From a virus (taxonomy: Duplodnaviria; Caudoviricetes), in the IMG/VR virus record IMGVR_UViG_3300017565_000034, positions 1-35,841 of that record: 35,841 bases of DNA. One strand, 5' to 3'. A model generated the notes under the pieces. The model was given only the letters and a program-made list of their open reading frames with translations, did no database searches and was not told where the DNA came from. Made by a program: the position numbers and the translations under genes. Below are positions 34,130 to 35,841 of the stretch, one piece after another (the first letter of the stretch is position 1; each line of letters starts with the position of its first letter).

Positions 34130-34412
34130 GGTGCTGCTCCTTGCTGACGATGCTCCCGCACGTCGGGCATCGGCTGACAGGGTGCTCGAGCATGTAGTCG
34201 ATGTACCTCTGGGCGGCCCTCTTCACCTCGGCGACCTTCTCGTCGCTGGCGGCCATGAGCGCGTCCTCGAACGGCTCGCTCCCGCCATACCGAAGGCCGA
34301 GGATGTGGTACAGCCCTGCCGTCGCTGAGCTGCCCATGTAGAAGCTGTTGCAGCTGTCGCTGCCGCTCCTGTACTTCATGGCGTCCAGTATGAGCTTCCG
34401 ATCATCTGCCAT
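34122..34412 (-). CDS. Hypothetical protein (96 aa) with C-terminal CPTCG
   Basis: GGGAGG RBS; tight packing. Confidence 0.6.
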   Translation of the reverse strand: MADDRKLILDAMKYRSGSDSCNSFYMGSSATAGLYHILGLRYGGSEPFEDALMAASDEKVAEVKRAAQRYIDYMLEHPVSRCPTCGSIVSKEQHHG

Positions 34413-34620
34413 CGCTCAGCCTCCCGAAGTTGATCTTGGGCAGCTCACCGCCCGTCCGGACTGCCTCGCCCAGGTCCTGGAAGAACCGCCACTTCTCCCG
34501 GTTGGCCTGGCGGACCTTCTCCTTCTGATCCTCCGTCAGCTCCTCCCAGGGAGGGATGGTCGGGTAGTCCGCCCTCACTGTGTCGTACTCGCGCTGGTGC
34601 GCCAGGTCGTCGCTTGCCAC
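34402..34620 (-). CDS. Hypothetical protein (72 aa)
   Basis: GAGGAG RBS before GTG; PPWEELTEDQKEK motif. Confidence 0.55.
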   Translation of the reverse strand: MASDDLAHQREYDTVRADYPTIPPWEELTEDQKEKVRQANREKWRFFQDLGEAVRTGGELPKINFGRLSDGR

Positions 34621-34885
34621 TCTTAGCTCTCCTCTTCTTGTGCCGCTTGCGGGATCGCAGGTCGGCGCTCACGTGGTCCAGGAGCTCGTCGGAGGCTGTG
34701 GACCTCAGCCAGTCCTCCGGGATCTCCATCGTCCGAAATATGACGCCGCACCTCCCGCACCTCCGGGCCCGTCGGATCGTCACCTGGGTCTTCCTCGTCT
34801 CGACGACGCCCACGTCCGTCGACTGGCACCTGATGCACTTCAGCCCCGTCGTCCTCGAGAAGTTTCCGTCTATCCTCTCGTGCAA
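34445..34885 (-). CDS. NrdR-N-like zinc-ribbon protein (no ATP-cone)
   Basis: KCIRC....VVETR.....IRRARRCGRCG..FRTME resembles the NrdR zinc ribbon; the last third of the ORF overlaps the next gene and may not be functional. Confidence 0.6.
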   Translation of the reverse strand: MHERIDGNFSRTTGLKCIRCQSTDVGVVETRKTQVTIRRARRCGRCGVIFRTMEIPEDWLRSTASDELLDHVSADLRSRKRHKKRRAKSGKRRPGAPARVRHSEGGLPDHPSLGGADGGSEGEGPPGQPGEVAVLPGPGRGSPDGR

Positions 34886-34886
34886 C

Positions 34887-35075
34887 TCAGTCGCTCCAGC
34901 TATCCCTCTCGTCTATGCGAGCGATGTCGACGATGCGGTACGTCCGGATGTTCAGGCCGAAGTCGTTGTCAGCTATGGTGATGAAGTCGGTCGTCCAGCT
35001 TCTCAGGATACCCTTGTCCTCGTCGGTGCCCTTGGTCGACCACGGCCCCTTCAGCTTCAGTCTCACGATGCGCAT
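34887..35075 (-). CDS. Hypothetical protein (62 aa)
   Basis: AGGAGG upstream of ATG; protein-like sequence; overlapped by the tail of the upstream ORF. Confidence 0.45.
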   Translation of the reverse strand: MRIVRLKLKGPWSTKGTDEDKGILRSWTTDFITIADNDFGLNIRTYRIVDIARIDERDSWSD

Positions 35076-35451
35076 ATCTCTTCTTCCTCCTGTCGTCGTC
35101 CTGGATCTTCAGCAGGACCTGGACCCTGGCCTCGTAGTCGGGGTTTGCCTTGCGGTAGGCCCTCACCCGCTCTGCGTAGATGACTGCTGGCTTCCCCGGC
35201 TCCCCGTGGCATATGCTGTCCAGAGTCCTCCCCCTCTCCAGCTCGAACAGGACCTCCGCGGCCTGCTCGTCCGTCATGGGATGGCGGTGGCGCTCCTTGC
35301 CGTAGACCCGGGCCATCTTCTCCTGGAAGCGGCGGCAGATGCGGCAGGCCCGGTAGATCTTGGTGTCACCGCTCTTGGTCCGGGGGCGCAGGTAGTAGTT
35401 GCCCTCCACATACTCGTGGCCGTTCTTGCAGTGGGTCCTGGGCTCCCTCAC
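34969..35451 (-). CDS. Zinc-finger (THCKNGHEY...RACRIC) plus HTH-like protein
   Basis: GTGA overlap with the polymerase stop; the finger is the type usually appended to phage HNH nucleases. Confidence 0.6.
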   Translation of the reverse strand: MREPRTHCKNGHEYVEGNYYLRPRTKSGDTKIYRACRICRRFQEKMARVYGKERHRHPMTDEQAAEVLFELERGRTLDSICHGEPGKPAVIYAERVRAYRKANPDYEARVQVLLKIQDDDRRKKRYAHRETEAEGAVVDQGHRRGQGYPEKLDDRLHHHS

Positions 35452-35841
35452 AGCTCCACCTTCCTTCTCTGCTTCATGGGTCGGCTGGCTACGGCCGGCC
35501 GGGCTGCGGTCGACCGCGGCAGCTTCCGGCGGCCGCGCTCGGCCTCGATCTTCTTGTAGGCCTCCTTCGACCCCGATCCCCAGTTGTCCCCGACCTCGCC
35601 CTCGACGACCAGGGGGACGGACAGCTTGACGCAGTTGGCCATGATGTGCTGCATCTCGCGCAGGGCCTCGCGGCCGATCTTGGTGTCGGGGTAGCTGCCA
35701 TCCAGCTCGTCGTGGACCGTGAGCTGCGGGACGCCCAGGACGTCGCACACGCCAGACTCGTAGACGTCGACCATGGACTTCTTCATGATGTCGGCGGCCG
35801 ATCCCTGGATGCGGGCGTTGAGGGCTCGGTGGGTGCCGAAC
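35448..35841 (-). CDS. polA: DNA polymerase family A, C-terminal part (partial)
   Basis: Frame open from the window edge: ALNARIQGSAADIMKK and motif C TVHDEL, then L.VPL.VE...G.NWG. Confidence 0.93.
   Translation of the reverse strand, partial: FGTHRALNARIQGSAADIMKKSMVDVYESGVCDVLGVPQLTVHDELDGSYPDTKIGREALREMQHIMANCVKLSVPLVVEGEVGDNWGSGSKEAYKKIEAERGRRKLPRSTAARPAVASRPMKQRRKVEL

Noticed and set aside
139-35629. Long plus-strand and alternate-frame ORFs in the track (for example 3642-5192, 14313-16088, 28680-30041)
   Set aside because: These are shadow ORFs of GC-rich minus-strand genes, with no motifs or RBS and full overlap with well-supported genes.

Overview
This window is part of a GC-rich tailed dsDNA phage genome with siphovirus-like gene order, probably infecting an alphaproteobacterium because it encodes a GcrA homologue. 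All credible genes lie on the minus strand. In transcription order the modules are as follows. (1) Replication: C-terminal end of a family A DNA polymerase, small Zn-finger genes, an HD phosphohydrolase, a DfrB-like SH3 protein, a Cas4-like exonuclease, SSB and a primase-SF3 helicase. (2) A 2.5 kb non-coding block (25502-28007) with a probable iteron/AT-rich origin and three nested repeat families. (3) About 17 small accessory genes with four copies of a CtrA-box-like promoter motif. (4) A NusG-type antiterminator, then terS, gcrA and terL. (5) Head genes: a portal fused to a 2H-phosphoesterase (Acb1-like) domain, a minor head protein, an inserted small protein + ATP-grasp ligase + glycosyltransferase cassette, the protease/scaffold, decoration protein and major capsid. 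(6) Connectors, an inserted four-gene fibre cassette, tail terminator, tail tube and a partial tail chaperone. The strongest novelty candidates are the ATP-grasp/glycosyltransferase cassette in the head operon (possible virion modification), the portal-Acb1 fusion with possible protease release sites, the GcrA plus TTGA-N7-TTGA promoter set (possible cell-cycle coupling), and the structured repeat block. All family assignments come from motif recognition and synteny by eye; no searches were run.
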